This document shows positions 24,722 through 34,850 of a DNA stretch of 64,000 bases, one piece after another. The notes below the pieces were generated by a model, which was not told the origin of the DNA, searched no databases, and saw nothing but the letters and a program-made list of their open reading frames with translations. Made by a program: the position numbers and the translations under genes. Position 1 is the first letter of the stretch; the number at the start of each line of letters is the position of its first letter. This stretch comes from Mantamonas sphyraenae STR306. Taxonomy: Eukaryota > Protista > CRuMs. Location: assembly GCA_026936335.1 (NCBI GenBank), contig JAPMXV010000055.1, forward strand, positions 362,194 to 426,193, in the 5' to 3' direction.

Positions 24722-25863
24722 TTAGTTCACGCAGGAGTCGCACACACGCACGGTGGTTTCTTGCGGGTAGAGATTGGGCAGGGGAACGGAGGAGGCCGAG
24801 CACGAGGCACAGAAGATCAGGCCGCACTTGCGGCAGTGGTGGCGGCGACGAAAGAGGTTGAAGGAGGAGGAGCAGCTGTTGCACGCGTCTGCGTCTTGGT
24901 CTGGCTGCCACTTGGGGAGTTGGTTCGATTGGAGGGTGGCGATGGTGGCTCGCAGATTGGCGGTTTCGGTGGCGTTCTCATCGAGGGAGGCTTGGAGGGT
25001 GGAGATGGTGGCTTGTAGATTGGCGGATTCAGTGGCGTTCTCATCGAGGGAGGCTTGGAGGGCAGCCTGGGCTGTGGTGGAGTCGCGGAGGGAGGCCTCG
25101 AGGGTGGAGATGGTGGCTTGCAGATTGGCGGTTTCGGTGGCGTTCTGCTGCTGTTGGGTGGCCTGGGCTTGTTTGGCTTCATCGAGGGAGGCTTGGAGGG
25201 CTGTCTGGGCTGTGGTGGAGTCGCGGAGGGAGGCCTCGAGGGTGGTGATGGTGGCTTGCAGATTGGCGGATTCAGTGGCGTTCTGCTGCTGTTGGGTGGC
25301 CTGGGCTTGTTTGGCTTCATCGAGGGAGGCTTGGAGGGCAGCCTGGGCTGTGGTGGAGTCGCGGAGAGAGGCCTCGAGGGTGGTGATGGTGGCTTGCAAT
25401 TCGGTCGAGGTGGCGTTTGCCGCGTCCAGAGCCGCGCGGACCTGGGCCAGCGCTTCCTTGTGTTCGGAGGCCGAGGTTGCAAGCACGGCGTTTTCAGAGG
25501 ACATTGTGTCGATGGTGGTTTGATGCTGCGCGATGGTGGCCTCGAGTTGGGCGGTGGCGCTCTTGGCCTCGGAGAGCTGTGCCTCGAGTTCGCTGCTGCG
25601 GGTGGTCTCCCGTTGCAGGGAGACAATGAGGCGCGCCACCGTGGCACGTGCCTTTGTTTCGCCGTCTTCGGCGACGTTTTCTGCGTTGGAATTGGCAGCC
25701 ACCTGGGTGTTTTCGTTCTGGGGAGGGGAGTTGCATGTGTCAGCCAACGGATCAAAATGAAATTGGCGCGCATTGCAGCAGGCGCGCTACAGGGTGCAGC
25801 AGACCAGACGTGGGTCACGCGTGGGTTGTGAGCGAGTCGGAAGCTTACCACAATTGACTCCAT
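24722..25863 (-). CDS. Coiled-coil + C-terminal FYVE finger protein; probable intron 25718-25848; internal 138-bp repeats
   Basis: WQPD..CNSC..FNLFRRRHHCRKCGLIFCASC..RVCDSC; 46-aa repeats between ~24950 and 25400. Confidence 0.85.
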
Positions 25864-26065
25864 GGGTGATGGATGTGTGTGTATGTGCGTGTGGGGGATG
25901 GATTTTTTGATGGGTGTGGAAGGGCGAGTGGCCTGCAGTGAGTGTGTGTGGTGTGTTCCGGGGGCTGAACGTCGGGTCGAGGTCATTGGTGAAGAGTCGG
26001 TGTGGACGACGACGAAGCGCAACTCAAGCGGGAGAGTGCGAGGCGCGGCGAGCGGAGCAGAGCAA

Positions 26066-26365
26066 ATGCAAGTTTTCCTGCGTTCTTTGACTGGAAGAAC
26101 AATCACATTGGAGGTGGAGAGCACAACGACAGTTGGCAACGTCAAGGAGATGTACGCGGCTGAGGAAGGGGTGCCGGTGGAAAAGCAGCGCTTCGCTTTC
26201 GCTGGCACCGAGTTGGAGGACGACTCAGCGACGATGGAGGAGGTGGGCATTGAGAAAGAGGCAACACTGCACTTTGTGTTGCCATTTGTGGGTGGCGGGG
26301 GTGTGCAAGCTCTGGACGGGAAGGAGCCCGGGTTTGCAGAAGAAGGAGAGGAGGAGGCCGAGTAG
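26066..26365 (+). CDS. Divergent ubiquitin-like protein with diglycine and acidic tail
   Basis: MQVFLRSLTGRTITLEVE...EGVPVEKQRFAFAG..LED...IEKEATLHFVLPFVGG followed by an Glu-rich tail. Confidence 0.85.
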   Translation: MQVFLRSLTGRTITLEVESTTTVGNVKEMYAAEEGVPVEKQRFAFAGTELEDDSATMEEVGIEKEATLHFVLPFVGGGGVQALDGKEPGFAEEGEEEAE

Positions 26366-26493
26366 AAGATCAAGGAACATGGACATGGAGGACGCGAGAC
26401 GCGAAAACGGTTGAACTGAGCAAGAGGGGAGGAAACAAATTCAAAAATTGAAAGAAATGTAGGAGCTGCCGCTGAACGGAACAAAGAAAACGG

Positions 26494-28302
26494 ATGAGCG
26501 AGGCAGAGGACAGGCTGTTTGATTTGAGCGAGGTTGAAGTGCCCAAGAAGCAGCGCCGGTTTGAAGCACTGACAGAGACGGGAAGTGGCTTCCATCGAGG
26601 CAGTGATGGCGTGACGATCACGTCGTATGGTGGACAGGTGTTGGCCGCGGCCGCATACGCTCTTGCTGAAGAGGGGCAGTACGCGCCGAACAGACTGTCG
26701 CTCTGCCTGTTGCATGTGAGTGCACCTGATCTGCTGTCCATTGTGGCGGCGATGGCAGCAACGAATGGGACGTTTGAAAAGTTGTCGCTCATGATTCGCC
26801 GGGTCGTTGACGCAGACGCAGTGGGAGGAGAGGAGTACGTGTGGAGGTCTTTGGCACAGGCAGTACGCGAGAGCACGTCGCTGAAGGAGATAGACATACA
26901 GGTTGGGCAGGAAGGGCAAAAGTGGCTGTGGAAGGCGGTTCGTTCGCAAACGCGGCTGCGGAAGGTCTGTGCGTTGCTTTCGGACGACGTGGACGGGTTT
27001 GTGGGAGCACTGGAGGCTCAGAGCAAACTGGAGAAGCTTGAGCTGCGATGCGACCAGAGTTTGGAGCTGGATGTGGGGCGGCTGGCGTCGGTGATTTCTG
27101 GCATTGGGTGTTCGTGTGTGAGCCTCCACATGGAGGGTGTGTTCCTTGCGGGCACTGCGCTTCTGGAAGGAGCAGGAGATGTGCTGGAGGAGCTGCACCT
27201 GAAGGCGACGGAGGAAGTGAGCTTTGTTCGCAAACTGCACGTTTTTGCGGAAGCGCTTGCGAACACCAGGCTCCGGCGCCTTCATTTGGACACAGGCCAT
27301 GGCGTCGCTGTGCATGAAAACGCCGTCAAGGAGGTTGTGGAAGCCGGAACTCAACTCGAAGAGCTGCATGTGAAGGGATTGGCGACGGCCAAGGTCTCTC
27401 TGGCGTGGCTGGAGGCTGTTGAGGCAGCGCCTGCGCTGCAGGTGTTTGATGTGGACCGGATGAAATCAGTATGGGAAGAAAGCGAGCGGCCGGAGGTGAT
27501 GGAGAGGTTTGTGGAGGTGGTGCAGAGCCACGGACCGTGGGAGTTGCTGCGCGTGCCGACATCGTGCAAGCAAACGGCAGAGTGGCTGAGCACACGGGAT
27601 CGCGAGCATGTACGCAACGTGCAGCTGGTGGAGGAGAATGGCGAGTGGTACGCGTTGTGTGCGGGTCTGGTGGACTGGGAGGTGGGAGGGCAGGTGGAAG
27701 TGAAGGAGCACAATCTGACGTGGGAAGAGAGCGTGATGGTGGCTGAGATGGTGCGTGACGGGCGCGCGAGTGGTTACGTGGAAACATTTCGCACCAAAGG
27801 GCGCACTGTGTACAATGCTGACCTGGACGAGCTGTTTGTTGACCACCGGGCGCCTTTTCTGGTTTTGCAAGCGCTGCGTGAGGCGCAAGGGATGCAGCTG
27901 CACACGCTGAGGTCAAACAGCGACGGCAAAACGATGTCGGCGTGCTTTGTGTGTGAACCTCACGATGTTAGCGTGGGCTTGTTTGCCACGGATGAGCTGT
28001 GGGACGAAGTGATGGCGGCAACCAAGAAGGGCATCCCCCTGGAAGAGCACCGGCGAGTGGTGATGTTCAACAACAAGGAGGAGCTGGACAGCGCGTTGGA
28101 AGACGTGTTGAGCAACGTGGAGTCGCTGTGGGGGCTGAAACTGGTGCAGGTGGATCGGGCTGAGCCGGTGACGGATTTGCCTGCGGCGGTGAAGGGAATC
28201 CACGGTCTGAAGGTGTTGGATCTCCAGGACTGTTTGATTGCGTTTGGTGGGAAGGGAAGGGACATGTGGAGGGGTGTGACCGTGTTTGCTTGCGACGAGT
28301 GA
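26494..28302 (+). CDS. Hypothetical protein with degenerate RNI-like LRRs
   Basis: 602-aa ORF with host-like codon usage and LxxLxL units (SLKEIDI, LEKLEL, LRRLHL, LEELHV, LKVLDL). Confidence 0.65.
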   Translation: MSEAEDRLFDLSEVEVPKKQRRFEALTETGSGFHRGSDGVTITSYGGQVLAAAAYALAEEGQYAPNRLSLCLLHVSAPDLLSIVAAMAATNGTFEKLSLMIRRVVDADAVGGEEYVWRSLAQAVRESTSLKEIDIQVGQEGQKWLWKAVRSQTRLRKVCALLSDDVDGFVGALEAQSKLEKLELRCDQSLELDVGRLASVISGIGCSCVSLHMEGVFLAGTALLEGAGDVLEELHLKATEEVSFVRKLHVFAEALANTRLRRLHLDTGHGVAVHENAVKEVVEAGTQLEELHVKGLATAKVSLAWLEAVEAAPALQVFDVDRMKSVWEESERPEVMERFVEVVQSHGPWELLRVPTSCKQTAEWLSTRDREHVRNVQLVEENGEWYALCAGLVDWEVGGQVEVKEHNLTWEESVMVAEMVRDGRASGYVETFRTKGRTVYNADLDELFVDHRAPFLVLQALREAQGMQLHTLRSNSDGKTMSACFVCEPHDVSVGLFATDELWDEVMAATKKGIPLEEHRRVVMFNNKEELDSALEDVLSNVESLWGLKLVQVDRAEPVTDLPAAVKGIHGLKVLDLQDCLIAFGGKGRDMWRGVTVFACDE

Positions 28303-28312
28303 GCAGGGGTAA

Positions 28313-28481
28313 ATGAAGGATGTGCGGACGCAGTGGAAAGCGTTGCTGGAGAGTGGAGCCAGTGAGGGAGGAATCGTGGATGCGTCGCGAGCACACGGTG
28401 AGGTGTTGGAATTGGCTGGGGAGGGTTGGAGTGAGGACAGGGTGTTTGACGTGCTGGAATTCCGCTGCGTCCCGCTGGTCA
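28313..28481 (+). pseudogene. 5' fragment of an LRR-ankyrin gene split by the transposon (continues at 34851)
   Basis: MKDVRTQWKALLESG..GIVDA resembles the N-terminus of the paralog at 57538 (MDLRKDEWVKLLQSG..RIVDA); joining across the TSD gives an open 492-aa frame. Confidence 0.85.
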
Positions 28482-28638
28482 GGCCTTTGCGACCGACCGT
28501 GAACACTGCTGTGCTTTGTTGAAAAACAATAAAAATCCATCCTTTCGATGGTAGTCGGTCGCAAATCCCTGCCGTCACCCGCCCGTCGCCCCGCCCGCCT
28601 TTATTCTGTGTTGTTTTGTGCGATTGTGCGATTCACTC
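28462..28638 (-). ncRNA. Candidate Fanzor omegaRNA: scaffold in the element 3' end plus flank-derived guide (boundaries approximate)
   Basis: Lies directly downstream of the nuclease stop; perfect 12-bp stem 28486-28497/28554-28565 enclosing small hairpins; stem closes 4 nt from the element end. Confidence 0.65.
28473..28481 (+). repeat. Left target-site duplication CGCTGGTCA
   Basis: Identical to 34842-34850. Confidence 0.8.
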
Positions 28639-31600
28639 TTACTTCTTGCGCAGTTCCGCCCGTTGCTTGCGCCACCTCCTCGATGACAGCTTTGTGTGAG
28701 TCTTCCTGTCCACGCCCGAGATGGCCAGCACCAACAGAGTGGCGATGGTCACCGCAGCGTCCGTATCCTTGTGCTGCGCCCAGCGGTCGCAGCGGGCGCA
28801 GTCCCACCATCTCCGGCTACAACCGCGTCTTGTGTATGACTTGGGACTCAGGGTCACCTGGTGTCCACACTCGCGGCACAGAGCAGAGGTGTACGCCTCG
28901 CGTGTGACCACGACCGTGTGGGTTCGGCTCAGGTGTCTCTTGACGTCCGCCAGAGGGACCCGCGCGCTGAAGCGTCCGTTCCCAAAAGCAAGCAGGGAGC
29001 GCTGCTGGACCAGCCTGTCGATGTCCGAGATGGAGGCCGAGATGCCAGCAAGGTACCTGTTGCGGAGCTTGCGGTGTTCGTAATGATGCGCGTCGACGAC
29101 GTTCCGGTGCGGCTCTCGCTGTGCAAACTCTTCCCGCTTTGCTTGGTTCAGTTCTTGCCATGTCGGGGTAGAAGAAGCAGATGATGATGGTGATGATGAT
29201 GAGGAGGAGGATGATCGTGCGTTGGATCGTAGCGTACGTCGGGAGGACGCCGCTGCTGCTGATGACGCTCTGCATCTTCTGACTGCTTCCGTGGCAGCCT
29301 GGGTCAGGACGTTCTGCTTCTTCCTGAGCTGACTGGTCCGCAGCATGTGTCTGTAGGATGGAGTTGGCAATGCAAAGTAGATACCTGCGTCCACGTGCAG
29401 AACATTGTCGCGATCGAGTGTCGCTGACATCTTGTTGTGGTGAAAGACAGCGACGCAGCTGGTGCAGTCAACGTTGGGGTCCATCCCGATTACAGGTATA
29501 CCAGCAGGCGTCCACAAATCGTTCTGCCCTAGTGTACGGGCCACCTGTTTGTCTGACTCGAGCAAGATTCCAGTGCGCTTGCCAGCAGAAGTTTGCGATG
29601 GCTTGCACTCCGCATCTAGGTGCTGCATGGCGGCTGTGAGGCTGCTCTCGTCGACACCAGACTCTTCAAACCACTGCTCCAGCTTGGGCATGGCCGCTGT
29701 GCCGTACGCTTGATAAAAGAGGCTCGCAATATGCATGACGTGGAACCACGATAGATCCCGCACTTTACCCTTCGCGTCGAACCCAACACGGACACATGCG
29801 ACACGCAGTGCCTCGTCGACGTCTGATGCTGCCACGCAGCCCTGAGCACCATTCAGCTTGCGACGGGCTCCAACCGCCAGGCTATGCGGGGCGTAGACAG
29901 TTTGATAGATAGATCGACCGTCGTTGCCACCGAGGGTGATCCCCTGCCCTCGAGTCTCCTGCCCTGTGTCTGAGTTCCAGAGCCCCGGTAGAACGAGCAT
30001 GGTGACTGCGTTTACAAGGTCACCCCGGTGGGCTGCCCATCCAGCTTCCGTTCTCAACATGCCGACATGTGTTCGCCCTTTGATCCTCTCCAGTGCACGC
30101 TGTGAACCTGGGCACAGAACAGCAGCGTGGTCCACAATAAGCTGGTTGAGCTGGCGAGCGAGCACGTTTGACTTTGCTCGCCCATCCCAGGCCAACGTCT
30201 CGATGATCGCGGTGGCTGCTGCTGCTGCTGCTGCTGCTGCTTCGCCTCCCCTCTTACTCAAGTGCTTCAGAAAGTTGTACGCGACCCGAAACAGCTTAAA
30301 CTTTAGATCGTACCCCGATACCGAAACCGTGCAACGTGCAGTCGCGCGCGTGGGCGAGGTACAAGCTGGACAGCGTGGCCACATTGCTCAGCCTCCAATT
30401 TGAGCAGACAGATGTAGGACGCGACACGAGCCTGGTTCTTCTCGTCCTCCTTTGCCTTTGAGAGCAAAGGCGAGCCAGCCACGACCTTGCTCACCTTGTC
30501 CTTCAGCGGCTGCAGCTGCGTCCTCCAGTCCATCTGCTGCTGCTGCGCAACCACATGCGCCTCTTCATGGTCCTGGTCTTGGTCCTCATCTCGATCGTGC
30601 TCGTGATCCTGGTCTGCTTCCGGTTCTCCATCGTCGTCGACCTCGTCGACCTCCTCGACCTCCTCTGCTTTCACCCTCTTCTTCCATGATGCGAGTGACA
30701 TCCCCGACACGTATGCGCATGCCACCTCCGTCAGCTTCCGCGGGAGCTCCGGCACAGCATCGCACACCATCCTTTTCACCGAGGACGTCCAGTGTTTGGT
30801 CGCAAGGTTCCACATGGTCCTCATCTGACGTGCAGCTGACCCCTCAGCCAGCAGATTCTCGAGTTGCTGACGCTGCTTCTCAAGCTCCAGGCCGTTGTAG
30901 TATGGACTCGCAATATGGGCGCACAACACTGCGTACAAGAGCTCCCGTTCCTGCACGAAGCGACTGTGAGTGTCGACCAGGACTGCGTCCAATTCCTGGC
31001 GTTGGCTTTCAGACATCCTGCTGTCCGCTGCGTCCTGAATAGTCCCACGTGCCACGGTTGTGGATTTTCCCGCCAGTCCCATCACTCGTTCCACGCCTCC
31101 GTGTCCACGGCCGTCATGCACCCCGTACACACCAGACAACGCCTGTTCCTCGGTCGGGCGGCGGTCGTTTAGCAGCGCTGCAACCTTCCGTCCAAGCTTG
31201 TAGAACGATTCACGCTCAGCTGTGCGCGCCTCGTCCATCTCATCCTCATCGTCCTCTTTGCTTGACTCCTGTACGTAGCAGACATCCTTGCCACAGAGCA
31301 GTTTGGCCAAACGGCCCTTCAAGTAGGTGCCCTTGGCCAACATCGAGTCACACAGTGTCTCCACCTCGTCGCTGTTGCTGCATGAATCAAGTCTTCCCGC
31401 CTCGACATCCGCGAGCAGCTCCTCTCGCTTCTGTTCCACTGCCTGCTCGAACTGCTGCATGTTGTCGTACCTTTTTGCCTTCTTCTTTGCCTTTTCAATC
31501 TCCTCCTTCAGCTCAGTCTGCCGTTCAACCGCGTGGTCGAGCGAAGCACGCTCCCGAGCACCCAGCTGAAGCCGTCCTTGAGCTGCAAACGCATCGACGA

Positions 31601-34551
31601 CGTCGGACATCCTACCATCGTCGCTGTCGACACGAATGGTGTATGTCCTGGCGTTCACCACACCGTCACTGAGCACCATTGCCGGGCCCGGGGCAGCTGC
31701 AGGTTCCGTTTGGTTTGGTTTGTGCTCCGGCACCTGCGTGTTCCTCGCCAGCTCCATTAACTTGTCCACGGAAGACGCCAAAGAGTAATCCGCACACAGT
31801 TGGCGCATGACATACTTGAGCTGCATACTGGTCCTTGTTCGCATGGCCGGGCGAACGTATGCCAACGCGAGACGCAGACCGCCCGAATCGCCCAGAGCCG
31901 GGCCCAGCTCGTCGGCGCTGTCGGCGCTGGATGTGGCATATGTGTCCTCACGTGCGCTGGGCATTGCATGTGCCTCTTGCATGTCCTCTGTCTGCATCGC
32001 ATCCGACTCACCACTTCGTTTTCCAAATCTTCTTCTTCCGCCCCGGCTCTTCCGCCGGCCTCCCAGGCCTTTACAAACGCCTCTTCATCCTGGACATCCT
32101 GGACACCATTCTCAAGGTCCTCTGTCTCCATACCCGACTCCACTGCGTCGTCAGCGACCTGGTCCACCTCCCCGGTTTGCACATCTTCGTCATGTGCGCT
32201 GGCGTCGTCCTTCCAGACCCTGTATGCCTTGGCGAACGCATCCTCGTCCATGGTGACGTCGTTTCCCCGTTCGTCATCGATTTGTACCCCCAGCGTCTCG
32301 GCCAGCAAGGTCACCTGTTCCACCATGCCGCTCCTGGCCTCCTTGATTTGATCATCTGAAGCGCGTCCACAAGCAGGCGCTGTCGGTTCAAGCGTGGAAG
32401 CCTGCACGTTGGAATGAATGATTTGGTCCACAGCATTCTGTACACACCACTTCTGTTGTTCTTCGGCAACGCGCTGTACACAGTCGCAGATGCGTTCGCG
32501 ATGGAAGTGGAGAAGGCCAACGGGAGCACGCTGTACAATGGCGCCCGCACAGGTTCCACCCAAAAGCGCATACGTGAAGAAGCGTGCGTTTGTGCTGTCG
32601 TTGCCCACGTGCACAGCTCTCAGATCTGTGTTGCCAGCAAGGTACTCGTTCCAGTTGTCCTGCCGGCACCAGCCGCACCGGACGCCTCTCGCCATGAGTG
32701 CACAAGCGTCTGCACCCACCACGAGTGCATCTGCGGCGTGCTGAATGGCGCACAGGTTTGCATCGTCTGTTGCCCACACGCAGAGGCGCTGGTCCACCCA
32801 AACGTTCCCGTCGTCGCTGATTGAAACGCGGTCGTTGTGCGCACTCCTCAGGGTCTCGTACAGCCCACGCAGCCGGTGCCTTTTGGTGTACGTGTGTACG
32901 TGCGCGTCCAGCTCCTGCCGGAATGATGCAGGGATCGCTTCAATGGCTGCCATCACCAAATCCATCCCCGCCTCCTCGACGCTGCCTTCCTTGGCGCTGC
33001 CATCCTCCACGCCGCCGAGTATGAAGTGGTCGAACCCAGCAACTTCGATGTCGTCGGCAAAGCGCTGGACGAGCGGACGCACGGACCGGACAAGTTTAGC
33101 CAACGTTGCCGTTTGTGCAAACGCCGCTGAGACAAAGCTCCACGTCCTCACCGGACGGCCCTCAGGCGGGTTGGTACACTCCAGTGGGACGTACGTGGTC
33201 ATACCCTCGGGTGACATGCGAGCGAGCGCCTCTACGATGTCATCGCCACTGGAGTTCACGTCCAGCTGCTGATCGAGAGCATCGCCGCCGTTGGTCAGCA
33301 CAACGGCGTTGTAGTCCCCCAATGTTGCTGGTTTCGGTGCAGGAAGAGGCACGCGAGCACCAGCTTGACCGTAAGGCTTGGCACGCTTCGCCGTTGATGC
33401 TTCGGGGGCGACAGAGGCGTTGGCGTGTCCCGGCTTGATGTGAAACGAAGGACAGGAATCGCTTGTTCGGCCTATCATACGAGCGCTGTATGTTCGGCCA
33501 AAGTGCTTCCCCACGTACCTGGCCACCTCTTTGGCAGAGAGCCTCGCCGCAGCAAGTGTGCACTCACACGCGTCGCCCTTGCGGGCTACTTCAATGCACA
33601 GCGCATACTCAGACATTGCGTAGACGCGGCCATTGTGAATGAGAGATGCCTTCAGCAAGTGGCTGATGCTGAGCCAGCACAGGTCATCGTTTCGCCGCGA
33701 GCGTGAGCGTGTTTGCTTGAGAAAAGGCCAGACCTGGGTTGTGAACCGCTTGCGTGCTTCCTTGGCGCGTCTCAGCAACGTGGGGCTGGCTTGGCATTTT
33801 GTGGTACTGATGTGATGCAGAAACTCCGTCTGCTCGGGGTACTGCACCCTCGCCTGCGCCCACCGTTTGGGCTGCTTTTTCTGCGTGCCTTCGCCAGTTT
33901 TGAGCGCCGTGTACATCTGCCGTGCTTGATCTGTTCGAATGTCGTTGAGAAAGTGTGTGCGTACAAAGCGGTGTTTGCTCCGTTGCCTGGTGGGCCTTCT
34001 AGGTTTGACGGTGTGCCACGAGGAGGAAACCCAATCTGACTCCGGCTCGACCTCGATATCGGTATCCATGGGGTCTTTGCCTTTGCTGTCTGCCTCAGTT
34101 TGCTGACGAGAGAGAGAGTGTGTGTGTGTGTGTCGTGAGGGGTCCCACACGTGTGTGAGCCGCAGCAAACGGAATTGAGTGAGGCGGAATTCAAACGTAC
34201 TCGCTCACTGCCACTGCTGCTCGAGGAGGAAGCTGAAGACGTTGAACGAGATGCACGGCCTTGACGGCCTCGGGATGCGCTGCGGGATGCACGGGATGCG
34301 CGACCTCCCCTGGAATGTGTCTCTTGGTTCTGTACACGTTGCCGCTTCTGCTGTCGCCATTCAAACGTTTGCCTGCTCCTTCGTTCACGTCTATTTTCCC
34401 GAGCCTCCACGCTACGCGGTGAATGAGATACCTCATCCCGTGTGTCTTCATCTTCTCGACCCCTCTTGCCGCCCTCATCACACAGCAGCAAGAGAACCAA
34501 CATGAAGAAGAACCAACGGAAGCGCATGTTGTTTTGGCGACCACGGCGCAT
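28639..34551 (-). CDS. Giant Fanzor1-type RNA-guided nuclease (~1,940 aa) with long N-terminal region; intron 34103-34200; 1-nt gaps at ~32010 and ~30315
   Basis: RuvC-I VIGMDPN (D at 29479-29481), LLAFGNGRF, RuvC-II VVVTREAYTS (E at 28897-28899), Zn finger CREC..CARC, RuvC-III HKDTDAAVTI (D at 28765-28767); upstream QLVP and NDGRSI resemble Fanzor1 WED motifs. Confidence 0.85.
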
Positions 34552-34591
34552 AGTCGAGCAGTCACTCGTACATTCTCATTCCAACGTGTAG

Positions 34592-34655
34592 GGTGGCGTT
34601 GACAACATTCATTTCAGTGTCCCAGGTGGCGTTGACAACATTCATTTCAGTGTCC
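34592..34655. repeat. Two identical 31-bp direct repeats (33-bp period) in the element's 5' subterminal region
   Basis: GGTGGCGTTGACAACATTCATTTCAGTGTCC at 34592 and 34625. Confidence 0.95.
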
Positions 34656-34841
34656 TAGGGTCCTCGCGGCTCTTGCGAGGAATCGTTCTGCAAACACATC
34701 GAGCTTGTTCAACATGGTGCACTTACGCATGATCGAACCGTAAGAACCCGCAGAAGAGCGAAATCATGTCTTGGTGAACATTCTATGTGTTTCTGGGAGT
34801 TGTTCTCAAGGGTGGAGCCACGTTCACGCTCAATTGCAAGG

Positions 34842-34850
34842 CGCTGGTCA
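34842..34850 (+). repeat. Right target-site duplication CGCTGGTCA
   Basis: Identical to 28473-28481. Confidence 0.8.

Larger units (their letters stand above)
28482..34841 (-). mobile_element. Fanzor-encoding TIR DNA transposon, Mutator/MuDR-like, ~6.36 kb
   Basis: 9-bp direct flanks; imperfect TIRs (left GGCCTTTGCGACCGACCGTGAAC; right, reverse-complemented, CCTTGCAATTGAGCGTGAAC); interrupts an LRR ORF that rejoins in frame; encodes a TnpB-family nuclease. Confidence 0.85.

Noticed and set aside
31992-32011. 20-nt GTGAGT..CAG mini-intron that would fix the Fanzor frame
   Set aside because: It is far shorter than the other introns (67 nt or more) and has no branch point. The sequence resembles an upstream coding repeat (VESGMETED), so a missing G is more likely. 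Either reading gives a fused protein.
34592-34655. Direct repeats as a CRISPR array
   Set aside because: There are only two copies separated by 2 nt, with no spacer and no cas genes, in a eukaryotic context.
34655-34681. Hairpin plus CTAG as a Helitron end
   Set aside because: It is internal to the TIR/TSD-defined element and no Rep-helicase is present.
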